Source: an uncultured Bacilli bacterium
GTDB taxonomy: Bacteria > Bacillota_I > Bacilli_A > RF39 > UBA660
Reading direction: 5' to 3'
DNA: 50,351 nt
NCBI GenBank assembly: GCA_944363605.1
Contig: CALVUM010000083.1
Span: forward strand, 1 to 50,351
Position numbers and translations under genes: made by a program. This document shows positions 39,143-48,386 of this stretch, piece by piece. How positions within the stretch are numbered: the stretch's first letter is position 1; the number at the start of each line of letters is the position of its first letter. A model generated the notes under the pieces. It searched no databases. It saw only the letters and a list, made by a program, of their open reading frames with translations, and was not told the DNA's origin.

Positions 39143-40048
39143 GTGATAATTATGAAAGAATATCCTTTAAAAGAACCTATTCAAAAGTATTTGCATTCTT
39201 TACAATACGAAAGAAAACTTAGCAAAAATACTATTAATTCTTATGAAGAAAATTTGTATCTTTTTCAAACTTTTTTGAAACAAAAAGATCTTTTTCAAGT
39301 TACAAAAGAGGACATTTTAGCTTTTTTAAAGCAGGAAAATCAAAAGGCGGTAACTACAAAAGCTCATTATTTTACGGTAATTCAAAATTTCTATCTCTTT
39401 TGTATTGAAGAAGGGCTTACTAAAGAAAATCCTTGTGAAACAATTCACATGCCAAAGATTCCTGAGAAGCTTCCTAATTATCTAACTTATGAAGAGGTTG
39501 ACAGACTTCTTAATATGCCATTATATACTCCTTATGACTACCGAACAAAAGCTATGCTAGAGCTTTTATATGCGACAGGTATGCGAGTTAGCGAACTTCT
39601 TTCTTTACGTTTTACTAATATAGATTTAGAAAATTATTTAGTTCGTGTCGAAGGGAAGGGGAGTAAAGAGCGAATTATCCCTTTTAATGAAACTAGTAAA
39701 GAATATTTAGAAAAATACATTTATACGTATCGACCTTTACTTATTAAAAAAGGCAAAAATTATGATGAGATTTTTTTAAATAATCGCGGGACACCACTCT
39801 CAAGACAGGGATTGTTTAAACTTCTAAAAATATTGTGTCAAAAAGCTTCTATTACAAAAAATGTAAGTCCTCATATTTTAAGACATTCCTTTGCTACTCA
39901 TTTATTAGATGCAGGAGCTGATCTGCGGGTTATTCAAGAATTTTTAGGTCATGAAAATATTAGTACTACCCAGATTTATACACATGTTTCTAAAGAACAC
40001 GTGAAAAAAGAATATCTTGAAGCGCATCCACGTAGTAAAAAAGAATGA
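39143..40048 (+). CDS. xerD: Site-specific tyrosine recombinase XerD (start may be ATG 39152)
   Basis: LSKNTINSY, AMLELLYATGMRVSEL, GKGSKERIIP, SPHILRHSFATHLL, LGHENISTTQIYTHV. Confidence 0.88.
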   Translation: MIIMKEYPLKEPIQKYLHSLQYERKLSKNTINSYEENLYLFQTFLKQKDLFQVTKEDILAFLKQENQKAVTTKAHYFTVIQNFYLFCIEEGLTKENPCETIHMPKIPEKLPNYLTYEEVDRLLNMPLYTPYDYRTKAMLELLYATGMRVSELLSLRFTNIDLENYLVRVEGKGSKERIIPFNETSKEYLEKYIYTYRPLLIKKGKNYDEIFLNNRGTPLSRQGLFKLLKILCQKASITKNVSPHILRHSFATHLLDAGADLRVIQEFLGHENISTTQIYTHVSKEHVKKEYLEAHPRSKKE

Positions 40049-40071
40049 TAAAACATCATCATTCTTTTTTT
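40037..40071. terminator. Bidirectional terminator
   Basis: AAAAAAGAATGAT...ATCATTCTTTTTTT between convergent genes. Confidence 0.65.
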
Positions 40072-40073
40072 AA

Positions 40074-40178
40074 TTAACAATTCTTACGTTCTTCTCTACG
40101 TTGTTCTTCTTTTCTAGAATTTTGTCTGTTTTCATTTTTTCTAGAACGATTTTGTTTTTGTTTATTATTTTTTTTCAT
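40074..40178 (-). CDS. Unannotated 34-aa basic, hydrophilic small protein, candidate spore small protein
   Basis: MKKNNKQKQNRSRKNENRQNSRKEEQRREERKNC; RBS GGGAGGT; SigG-like GTATG-17-CATAATA upstream. Confidence 0.6.
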   Translation of the reverse strand: MKKNNKQKQNRSRKNENRQNSRKEEQRREERKNC

Positions 40179-40294
40179 TTCAATTTACCTCCCACTAGTA
40201 TTATGGTTGGTGTTCATTTTTTCATACAAAGAAAATTTTATTTTATTTGCCAATGTTTGGTATTTCAGGTAAAATAGAATTTAGGTGATTAGGA

Positions 40295-41341
40295 ATGAAA
40301 AAGTATTATGTAATGGGTGCTAAAAATAAGGTTGCGCATATTTTGCGAGTTCCAATTATTAAAGAAGAAGAAATATTTCTTGAGCAAGCATTTTCAGACA
40401 TTACGTTTATTGATGCACTTTTTACTTTACATTTAACAAAAAGCGAAATTACTTCTTTATTACAAGAATATAATCCTTCTTTTTTTAAAAATTTTGGTGA
40501 CAAAGACATGGATTTATTTATTGTTCGAGTTAGTTTTAACGAGAGAAAAAAAACATATGCGGTTCGTTTTTATGATCTTTTATATAAGCAATCTTCTTTA
40601 AGAGTAGCTCCAAAAATTGAAAGAGGTATAGAAGAAGCCGCAATAGAAAGAATGAAATGCATACAAAATAAGCAAAAGATTCAATTGCAATTAGATAATA
40701 AATTAAAAAGTTTTCTTTATCTTTTGCTTTCGTATACAACAGGTTCTCCTAGCACAAAAAAATTCCTATTACGTCCAGAAAGTATAGTAGATAAAGAAAT
40801 CAAAAAAAATCTTTATAATTACTATAAAAGTACTGATTATTTAGTTTATCATAAACTGGAAACGGAGATGCGTTCTTATAAAAATTTACGAGGTTTTTGT
40901 TTGGAATTTTTACAATCTAATTCTTTAAAACCAATAAATTTTAAAGAATTAAATTCAGAACGTAAGCACTATCTTTATCCAAGTGAATTATTTGATTATT
41001 CTCATGATTTTGTTTTATCTCTTGATGAAATCAATCTCATTCCTAAAAATTATGTACCACCAGTCTCTAAAGAAGAAGAAATAGTGGCTTTTGAAACAAA
41101 AGTATTAAATTATATTCTTCACGAACCTTTTTCAAATGCGGAAATGCAAGATTATTATGAACAAGGCGGAATATCAGCAATATTTGAAAATATGGATGCA
41201 AATGATATTTATGGATTTTTAACTGATGAAGATAAAGTAAAACTTGGTTTATTATCTATAAAAAAATATATGGAACTTAATTGGTCTAAAATTTTTCAAT
41301 ATTTACAAAGCAATAACAAAAGCCAAAAAAGAAAAAGCTAA
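40295..41341 (+). CDS. Hypothetical protein
   Basis: 348-aa ORF with RBS AGGTGA; no family recognised. Confidence 0.6.
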   Translation: MKKYYVMGAKNKVAHILRVPIIKEEEIFLEQAFSDITFIDALFTLHLTKSEITSLLQEYNPSFFKNFGDKDMDLFIVRVSFNERKKTYAVRFYDLLYKQSSLRVAPKIERGIEEAAIERMKCIQNKQKIQLQLDNKLKSFLYLLLSYTTGSPSTKKFLLRPESIVDKEIKKNLYNYYKSTDYLVYHKLETEMRSYKNLRGFCLEFLQSNSLKPINFKELNSERKHYLYPSELFDYSHDFVLSLDEINLIPKNYVPPVSKEEEIVAFETKVLNYILHEPFSNAEMQDYYEQGGISAIFENMDANDIYGFLTDEDKVKLGLLSIKKYMELNWSKIFQYLQSNNKSQKRKS

Positions 41342-41352
41342 AGATGAAACGC

Positions 41353-41664
41353 TTATTTTAATTCCGTTTCATTTTGAAGATTCTTAGAAACACCACAAAA
41401 ATACTTTGCGGTATTCTTTTTAATAACAATAATCTTTATAGTGTTTAAAAACAAAATGGCAAAAACAAGAAAACTACTAAGTAACAATTGGTGAAATTGA
41501 TTATTTGTAAGATAAACAATTTGTTGAGCAGTAAAAATAGGAACAATAATATTAAATAATACTCCAAAACAAGTAGCTATTGTAAAAATTATAAGATATT
41601 TTCTTTCTTTCAAACCAAATTGATAAACTTTTCGCAAATTACCTGTTGTTTCTTTCATATACAA
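41353..41664 (-). pseudogene. N-terminal remnant of an ABC exporter (transmembrane region only)
   Basis: NLRKVYQF...YLIIF...NIIVPIFTAQQIVYLT: first two TM helices of an ABC_membrane-like domain, then a stop; no nucleotide-binding domain. Confidence 0.6.
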
Positions 41665-41763
41665 ATACCTCTTTTTCTTTTTAATTATATACCAACTTTT
41701 TAATCAATACTAGATTTTTGTCTATTTTTAAAGGAAAAAGCATAAATTTTACTAGGTGATTCT

Positions 41764-42519
41764 ATGACTTTTTTAATGCCTTTACTTATTTCTTCTGTTG
41801 CGGGGCTTTCAACAGTTTTGGGTTCTCTTGTTATCTTTTTTAAATGGAAAAGAGAAAATATTAATAAATTTATAACTTTTTGTTTAAGTCTTTCTTTAAT
41901 CATAATGATCGGTATTTCGATAACTGAACTAATACCAGAAGCAAGCTTTTCTATTTTAACTGAATTTAAACTAGCCAAAGGAATCCTTCTTTCTTTATTT
42001 GTTTTTTTAATTGGGGTTTTTAGTGTTTATTTTCTTAACAAAAAAATAGAGAAGAGTAGTAGTAGCGATTTGGATTTATATCGATTAGGTATTTTATCCA
42101 TGCTTGCTTTAATGCTTCATAATCTTCCTGAAGGAATCGTAACTTTTTTAAGTAGCTATCAAAATATGGAGTTAGGTCTTAAAATCAGTGTAGCGATTAT
42201 GCTTCACAATATTCCAGAAGGAATAAGTATTGCAGTTCCCATATATTATGCGACTGGTAGTAAAAAAGAAGCTGTCAAAAAAACATTTCTATCAGGACTT
42301 GCCGAACCTTTGGGGGCAATCTTAGCTTTCATTTTTTTGAAAAATTTTATTACTGATACAATGATCGGGATAATTTTATTATTTGTAGCCGGTTTAATGA
42401 TTACGTTAGCCATTCATGAACTTTTACCTAAAGCCTTAAATTATCATGAAAATACCTATATAATCTTAGGATTTTTAGTTGGCATTTTCCTTTTACTCAT
42501 TAATCATTTTGTATTTTAA
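41764..42519 (+). CDS. ZIP family metal transporter (ZupT-like)
   Basis: AGLSTVLG, LMLHNLPEG, AIMLHNIPEGISIAVP, SGLAEPLG, ELLP. Confidence 0.9.
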   Translation: MTFLMPLLISSVAGLSTVLGSLVIFFKWKRENINKFITFCLSLSLIIMIGISITELIPEASFSILTEFKLAKGILLSLFVFLIGVFSVYFLNKKIEKSSSSDLDLYRLGILSMLALMLHNLPEGIVTFLSSYQNMELGLKISVAIMLHNIPEGISIAVPIYYATGSKKEAVKKTFLSGLAEPLGAILAFIFLKNFITDTMIGIILLFVAGLMITLAIHELLPKALNYHENTYIILGFLVGIFLLLINHFVF

Positions 42520-42643
42520 AAAAGTATGATAAAATGATAATAGGGTGTATGACATATGTGGTTTAAAAGTAGTAGGAGTTTTCCAAAAGAAATAAGTTTA
42601 TTAGAAGAATTTTATGAAAGTTTTAGCAAAATTTTAAATAAAG

Positions 42644-43579
42644 AGTGGTTCAGATATCACATTATTTACAGATTTTTTATCTATTATGGGATATGGGGAA
42701 GAATTACTCATTACTAAGACTTATCGAAACAGTCAAGAAGTAATCGATATAGCTGGCAATTTTATTCAAAAAAATCAATCACAAATTAAAAAAAGGCTAC
42801 TTTCTCCTAAACAAATCGAAAATCCCATTATTATTTTACCGTATGATAATACGCCAAAAAATCGAAAAGAAGAAAAACTAAACGGAGCTTTATTTGAGTT
42901 TTCTAAAATTCTTATAAAAACGATAGAGTTAATTGATAACTTTAACCTTAAAGAAAAGAAGAATGATTTAGATATCCTCCTTTTAGGGCGTTTTTCATTT
43001 GATTCATCAAGAATTATAAATAATGACTACTTTCGTTTTGATATGAAAAACAGCAAAGTAACATGCAAAAAATACCCAAAATATAAAATTACCTTTATGA
43101 CTGCCCATTCTTCTAAAGGGCTAGGATACTCCAATGTAATAGTTCTTAATGGTAAAAATGATACTTACGGATTTCCTGCTAAAATCGAAGATGATCCGGT
43201 AATGAATTTAGTAATTAAAAGGGATAAAACCTATGATTATGCCGAAGAAAGAAGACTCTTTTATGTGGCCTTAACAAGAACGAAAAACCGTGTATTCTTG
43301 ATTTGTCCAAATACAAATCCATCAGAATTTTTATTAGAAATCAAAAAAGATTATAAAAATGTAGTAACATTAGGCAAAATAAATGAAAAAACAAATTTAG
43401 AAAATAAAATGCTATGTCCAATTTGTGGTTATCCAATGTATTATTCCAAAAAGAAAAATTTAAATAAAAAAATCTATATAGGATGTAGTAACTTTAAGAG
43501 AAACAGGGGTTGTACCAATACGATTAGTCAAAAAGAGTATTATTTAAAAAAAGGATTTACTTTTACTGAAAGAGAATAG
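42644..43579 (+). pseudogene. C-terminal part of a UvrD/helicase IV-like gene with zinc-ribbon tail; Walker A/B region missing
   Basis: SGSDITLFTDF, TYRNSQ, TAHSSKGL, EERRLFYVALTRTK, CPICG...GCSNF...C; in-frame stop at 42635. Confidence 0.75.
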
Positions 43580-43661
43580 AAGAAATATGTTTTATATTTT
43601 ATATACTTGCATAGTTTCTTTTTTTATTGTAGGATTCATTATAAATGAAGGAGAGTAGGGG

Positions 43662-44123
43662 ATGAAAAAGAAAGAAAAGAAAAATCAAAATAATGATAAA
43701 GGAAGAATTTATCAAATTTTGGACTATATTTTTAAAGAATATGATAAAGATTTTAGAAAGACGTTTCAATTTGCTGAGTTTGAAGACTTCATGGCATTAA
43801 ACGAGATTCTTCAAGAACTTAAAGAAACAAATAAAAAATTTATCAAAATTTCTTATGTAAAAAAGCAATTTAAAATATCAAATTCTGCTATCAGATATTT
43901 AAGAAATATTTATGCTGAATTTAACAGATATGACATAGGTTTAAAATGCAATCTTGTATCAATCAGCTTAGCATTTGTTGCAATAATCATTAGTATATTT
44001 TTAACTTATCTAACAAATTATATAGAAAATAAGGTAATAGGGATCATTTTATATTATCTAAGTATCTTTTTTGCATATATAGTCTTTCGGGCTATTATAA
44101 AAGACACATTCAAAGATAATTAA
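43662..44123 (+). CDS. Hypothetical membrane protein (two C-terminal TM helices)
   Basis: RBS AAGGAG; hydrophobic C-terminus; ends 6 nt before the dif-like site. Confidence 0.55.
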   Translation: MKKKEKKNQNNDKGRIYQILDYIFKEYDKDFRKTFQFAEFEDFMALNEILQELKETNKKFIKISYVKKQFKISNSAIRYLRNIYAEFNRYDIGLKCNLVSISLAFVAIIISIFLTYLTNYIENKVIGIILYYLSIFFAYIVFRAIIKDTFKDN

Positions 44124-44129
44124 ATTCGC

Positions 44130-44157
44130 GGTTTACATAACGTACATTATGCAATAT
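44130..44157 (-). other. dif: dif site (XerC/XerD chromosome dimer resolution)
   Basis: Minus strand ATATTGCATAA-TGTACG-TTATGTAAACC: 11-6-11 architecture, XerD arm close to the Bacillus TTATGTAAACT; the coding strand switches here. Confidence 0.85.
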
Positions 44158-44416
44158 TTAAACTTGGAGAAAATTTTGCTTTGAAATTAAAATAATAATC
44201 TAAATATCTATATTTTTATTTAAAATAAATTATGAATAATTAATTATTAAAATTAGACAGAATATTTAATATCTTGATTATGTTAATTTTAACAAAATCT
44301 ATTTTTTATATATAATTTAGTTTTTTCATAATAAGGTTTATATTATATACTTTTCTAATTTGCTTCGAAATAAAAAAAGATGAATAATTATCCATCTTAA
44401 TTCAAAATACACATAT

Positions 44417-44448
44417 CCCCTATTTGCAATTTTAAAATAAAATAGGGG
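44417..44448 (-). terminator. Hairpin downstream of the 44466 gene
   Basis: TCCCCTATTT...AAATAGGGGA. Confidence 0.5.
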
Positions 44449-44465
44449 ACTTGTTTACAAAAATA

Positions 44466-45257
44466 TTAATTTTCACTAATCATTGAGCTTCTAGATTCAA
44501 TTTCAGCAATTTTTTCAAAAACTTCTTCAGCATTATCCACATTAATTTCTGTATATCCAAGTTCTTTTAAAGCTTGAATTCGAACAGTATTTAATTGTTG
44601 AGTTCGACTCAATTTTTCTTCTTTTTTCTTTTCGATTTCTTGGACAAATCTACGATGAGATTCAGTTAGTTTGCTACGTGAAGCTCCCCCATTATTATAA
44701 AGCGTTAGGGCAGAGTAAAGTATTCCTTCAAAAATAAATTGTTTATCTTCATTAAATTTGAATTCGTCTGGCTTTGTAAATCCTGTTATTTTTGACATGT
44801 ATCCAAATATATATTTTATTTCTGGAACATTGCTCATTGATTGTAACATATGGAATAAATATAACAGAGCATAGTAGTTCTCTTCCCTTCTCTCTTCAAC
44901 GCTTAGTTTTTCTTTAAGTAAATTTACAATGTCTGTTAAAAGTACTTGAGATTCTTTATTTAAGTTTTTTAAATCTAAATAGTTATCTATATCATTTGCA
45001 TTTTTCATGCCTTGATTTAAACGATTTTCAACATTCATTAAATAATCTGTTGTTACATTAATTTTTTCTAAAGATGTTTCTGAATCATCAGTTATATCAA
45101 GTAATTTATAAAGAAGAATTTTTTTCTCTTTAGGCCACTTATTTATATCATCAAGTTCTAGGTAATTATATACCATTTGTCTTGACACGCCTAAATATTT
45201 TGCTAATCTTACCTTTGAAATTCCTAATTCTTGTAATAATTCATTTAATTTGTTCAT
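44466..45257 (-). CDS. Protein with N-terminal XRE-like HTH and uncharacterised helical C-terminal domain (likely start ATG 45257)
   Basis: MNKLNELLQELGISKVRLAKYLGVSRQMVYNYL; the longer ORF start at 45311 lies inside the promoter. Confidence 0.7.
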   Translation of the reverse strand: MNKLNELLQELGISKVRLAKYLGVSRQMVYNYLELDDINKWPKEKKILLYKLLDITDDSETSLEKINVTTDYLMNVENRLNQGMKNANDIDNYLDLKNLNKESQVLLTDIVNLLKEKLSVEERREENYYALLYLFHMLQSMSNVPEIKYIFGYMSKITGFTKPDEFKFNEDKQFIFEGILYSALTLYNNGGASRSKLTESHRRFVQEIEKKKEEKLSRTQQLNTVRIQALKELGYTEINVDNAEEVFEKIAEIESRSSMISEN

Positions 45258-45293
45258 TTCTATGCCTACTCTCTTTTTAATATTTACATTATC

Positions 45294-45322
45294 ATTATAT
45301 CTACTTAACATTTTTGTGTCAA
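45294..45322 (-). promoter_or_regulatory. Consensus SigA promoter
   Basis: TTGACA-17-TATAAT on the minus strand. Confidence 0.8.
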
Positions 45323-45351
45323 GTAAAAGGCATAAATTTTTTTAACCCCTT

Positions 45352-46470
45352 TTAGTCGCTTAAATACCAGAGTTTTTCGTTATTTTTAAAAACTTCTTTA
45401 ATTATACCACTTCCTAAGCATTCTTCACCAAGATAGAAAACGCAAAATTGGCCTGGAGTTACAGCTTTTACTTCTTCTGGATAATGAACTTTTACTTCAT
45501 TATTTTCTAAGTATTCTATTTGGATTGGATAATCGCTACCTCGATATCGAAATTTCGCCGTACAAAAAGTCGGGTGAGTGGCGCTAATCCAATTTACTTG
45601 TTCTAAAATACAACAATCACTCATTAAATAAGAGTTATCCTCGCCAAAAGCAATATATAGAATGTTTTTAGAAACACTTTTCCCACAAACATAATGTCTT
45701 TCTTTAAATCCGGATAATCCTACATTTTTTCTCTGACCAATTGTATAATTCATTAGGCCTGTATGTCTTCCAATGACTTCATTTGTTACTACATTGACAA
45801 TATCGCCTGGATTTGGTTTCAAATAGTTATGAATAAATTCTTGAAAATGTCTTTCCCCAATGAAGCATATACCAGTTGAATCTTTTTTAGACGCAACATT
45901 TAGTTTAGCATCTTCAGCAATTTTACGCACTTCTGGTTTGGTTAAATTACCTACAGGAAATAGAACATCTTTTAATTGATCAGGAGTAAGTTGTGCTAGA
46001 AAATAGGTTTGATCTTTATTATTATCTATACCCCTTAAAAGTTTCCCGTTTTCCAATCTTGCGTAATGACCAGTTGCCATATATTTAGCTCCTAATTTAT
46101 ATGCTTCTTTTTTAAATACATCGAATTTAATATATTTATTGCAAAGTAAGTCTGGATTAGGCGTACGTCCCTTTTTTAATTCCTCTAAAAAATATGTGAA
46201 AACATTATCCCAATATTCTTTTATAAAATCTATTCGATGTAAAGGTATCCCTAAAATTTGACAAGTTTTTAAAGCATCCTGATAATCCGCTTCTTGTGGA
46301 CAAATATTACTATCTAAAGTTGGGTTTCCTAAAACATCATTGTTTAATGAGGAATCCCAGTTTCTCATAAATAATCCTTCTACATCATACCCTTCTTGTA
46401 TTAATAAATAAGCACTTACTGCAGAGTCTACTCCCCCACTCATTCCGACAATTACTTTTTTATTTTCCAT
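45352..46470 (-). CDS. mnmA: tRNA 2-thiouridine synthase MnmA
   Basis: VGMSGGVDSAV, GRTPNPD..CNKYIKF, ATGHYA, KDQTYFL, KKDSTGICFIG, AVTPGQ. Confidence 0.98.
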   Translation of the reverse strand: MENKKVIVGMSGGVDSAVSAYLLIQEGYDVEGLFMRNWDSSLNNDVLGNPTLDSNICPQEADYQDALKTCQILGIPLHRIDFIKEYWDNVFTYFLEELKKGRTPNPDLLCNKYIKFDVFKKEAYKLGAKYMATGHYARLENGKLLRGIDNNKDQTYFLAQLTPDQLKDVLFPVGNLTKPEVRKIAEDAKLNVASKKDSTGICFIGERHFQEFIHNYLKPNPGDIVNVVTNEVIGRHTGLMNYTIGQRKNVGLSGFKERHYVCGKSVSKNILYIAFGEDNSYLMSDCCILEQVNWISATHPTFCTAKFRYRGSDYPIQIEYLENNEVKVHYPEEVKAVTPGQFCVFYLGEECLGSGIIKEVFKNNEKLWYLSD

Positions 46471-46500
46471 AATGCACTTCCTTAACTTTTGTATATTATA

Positions 46501-47088
46501 TCAAAGAATCAAAAAATTAAAAAGTGGTAGGATTTTATTTCCGAATCCCCATAATAAAGTATCATAAATTACGAGAAGAAAAGTGCATAATGCACATCCT
46601 TTAACCAAATGGACAACAATAATACTTGGATCTGTTTTATAAATATATTTTCCAATCATTTTTCTGGCTATTCGAAGGCATTTTGAAAATAAGAACAAAA
46701 GACAAATAAGATAAAATAATTTTGTAATAAGAATAAAAATAATTGAAAAAACAAATCCAGTTAAACCATAGGTTACACTAAATATCCCTATAAGAAAACC
46801 AATGCTCATTCCTTCGTAAAAAATTACTGTACATAAGAAAGGAACTCCAATTGCTAGAAAGCTAGTAACTATTCCTATTACAAACACGAAAAAATGAAAA
46901 AACAAATAATTATATGCACGATTAGAAATATTGTTGACAAAATAAGTTACTTCTTCTTTTAATATATCTATATGAGATACACCTAAATACAACCCAACAA
47001 AGATCCCAAAAATAAGTAAAACTGCTAAGAATAATACGAAATACTGATTTTTTTTAAAATATTCTTTACAATATTTCAAGTTAATCAC
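46501..47088 (-). CDS. spoIIM: Stage II sporulation protein M-like membrane protein
   Basis: Multi-TM, IGVP.......EG..IGF..G pattern; adjacent to spoIVB. Confidence 0.65.
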   Translation of the reverse strand: MINLKYCKEYFKKNQYFVLFLAVLLIFGIFVGLYLGVSHIDILKEEVTYFVNNISNRAYNYLFFHFFVFVIGIVTSFLAIGVPFLCTVIFYEGMSIGFLIGIFSVTYGLTGFVFSIIFILITKLFYLICLLFLFSKCLRIARKMIGKYIYKTDPSIIVVHLVKGCALCTFLLVIYDTLLWGFGNKILPLFNFLIL

Positions 47089-47155
47089 CTAAGAAAGTAT
47101 ATTTACAAACTTAGAATTTTATGATAAATTTAATAAGAAAAAGTGAGGTTATTTT

Positions 47156-47251
47156 ATGAATAAAAAAGTACGTCAAGTAATTACATGGATTATTTTATTT
47201 ATCATGGTAGCTGGAATTGTAGCTAGTATTGCAGTTTATGCTTTTCAATAA
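47156..47251 (+). CDS. Unannotated 31-aa single-TM small protein (DUF4044/Prli42-like)
   Basis: MNKKVRQVITWIILFIMVAGIVASIAVYAFQ; RBS GAGGT; terminator follows. Confidence 0.65.
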   Translation: MNKKVRQVITWIILFIMVAGIVASIAVYAFQ

Positions 47252-47280
47252 AAAGAATCGAGTGAAAATCTCGATTTTTT
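47251..47280. terminator. Bidirectional terminator
   Basis: AATCGAG-TGAAAAT-CTCGATT with A and T runs. Confidence 0.65.
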
Positions 47281-48268
47281 ATTCGGTATATTTATCTCCT
47301 GTTTCTAACATAGTTGTAATAAATATTCCATATCCGGTTAGAGGATTATCAACAATAACGTGAGTGACTGCTCCTATTAATTTATTATTTTGAACGATTG
47401 GAGAACCACTCATTCCCTGCACTACTCCACCGGTTTTTTCAATGAGGTCTTTATCTGTTATTTCAAAAGTAATATTTTTTATATCACTATACTCTTTGAT
47501 ACTTGTAATTTCGATTTCATATTCTTTTTTTTCTTGACCGCTTAAGACTGTATATATGGAAGCTGTGCCAATTTTTATTTCCTCTGGTTTAGCAATCTCC
47601 ATTACTTTATCATCTAAATTAGCTTCATAAATCCCATAAATACCATGCGAACCATTTGCTAATATGTTTCCATAAATATTTTTATAATTGAAGTTTGCAT
47701 TTTTGGCACCTGCTACACCCGTACTGCTTTTATTAATGCTCGTAATTGTACTTTCAAAAATTTTTCCTGTTCTTACTTCGACTATTTCACTTGTCGTGCT
47801 TTCAATAATTTCATGTCCTAAGGCCCCATATACTTTGGTGCCTGGATCAATGTACGTAAGTGTACCAATACCTGTAATACTATCTTTGACATATAAGCCT
47901 GTCTTATAAATTCCATCTACTTTTTCCAAAGTCATTTTTATTTTCTTTTCTTCATGATTTCTATTTACAATCACTTCTATTTCATTATTTATCATTTCTT
48001 TTTCAATAACTGAAGTCAAATCATTAATAGAAGAAATATTTGTTTGATTTACTTTAACTATTAAATCTCCTATTTGAATTTCAGGTGTGCCTTTTAAGTA
48101 TTCACCATTTACGGGATAAAAACCTATGACCATAACACCTGGTGTTTCAATATGAATTCCTACACTTTCTCCGCCTATTATAACCTTATTTGAATAGGCA
48201 AATACTTGTAAAGGAAATAATAAAATAGTAAGAAAAAATAAAATAATACTTTTATAATTTTTTTTCAT
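47279..48268 (-). CDS. spoIVB: SpoIVB peptidase (S55)
   Basis: GGESVGI, PDZ-like GDLIVKVN, GIGTLTYID, YGALGH, TGGVVQGMSGSPIVQN.KLIGAVTHV. Confidence 0.95.
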   Translation of the reverse strand: MKKNYKSIILFFLTILLFPLQVFAYSNKVIIGGESVGIHIETPGVMVIGFYPVNGEYLKGTPEIQIGDLIVKVNQTNISSINDLTSVIEKEMINNEIEVIVNRNHEEKKIKMTLEKVDGIYKTGLYVKDSITGIGTLTYIDPGTKVYGALGHEIIESTTSEIVEVRTGKIFESTITSINKSSTGVAGAKNANFNYKNIYGNILANGSHGIYGIYEANLDDKVMEIAKPEEIKIGTASIYTVLSGQEKKEYEIEITSIKEYSDIKNITFEITDKDLIEKTGGVVQGMSGSPIVQNNKLIGAVTHVIVDNPLTGYGIFITTMLETGDKYTE

Positions 48269-48362
48269 TTTTCTCTTCCTTTCTAATCATCATGTAGTAT
48301 AAACATATTTTTATTAAAAATTATGGTAATAGTTACTATGGAAAAAAATGGTTTATCTAAAA

Positions 48363-48383
48363 AAATAGCTTATGTAGCTATTT
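48363..48383 (-). terminator. Intrinsic terminator
   Basis: AAATAGCT-TATGT-AGCTATTT with an A run on the + strand. Confidence 0.5.
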
Positions 48384-48386
48384 GAA

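Noticed and set aside
39143-40048. Tyrosine recombinase as a prophage or island integrase
   Set aside because: Length and motifs match chromosomal XerD, and the neighbours include housekeeping genes (rarA, gpsA).
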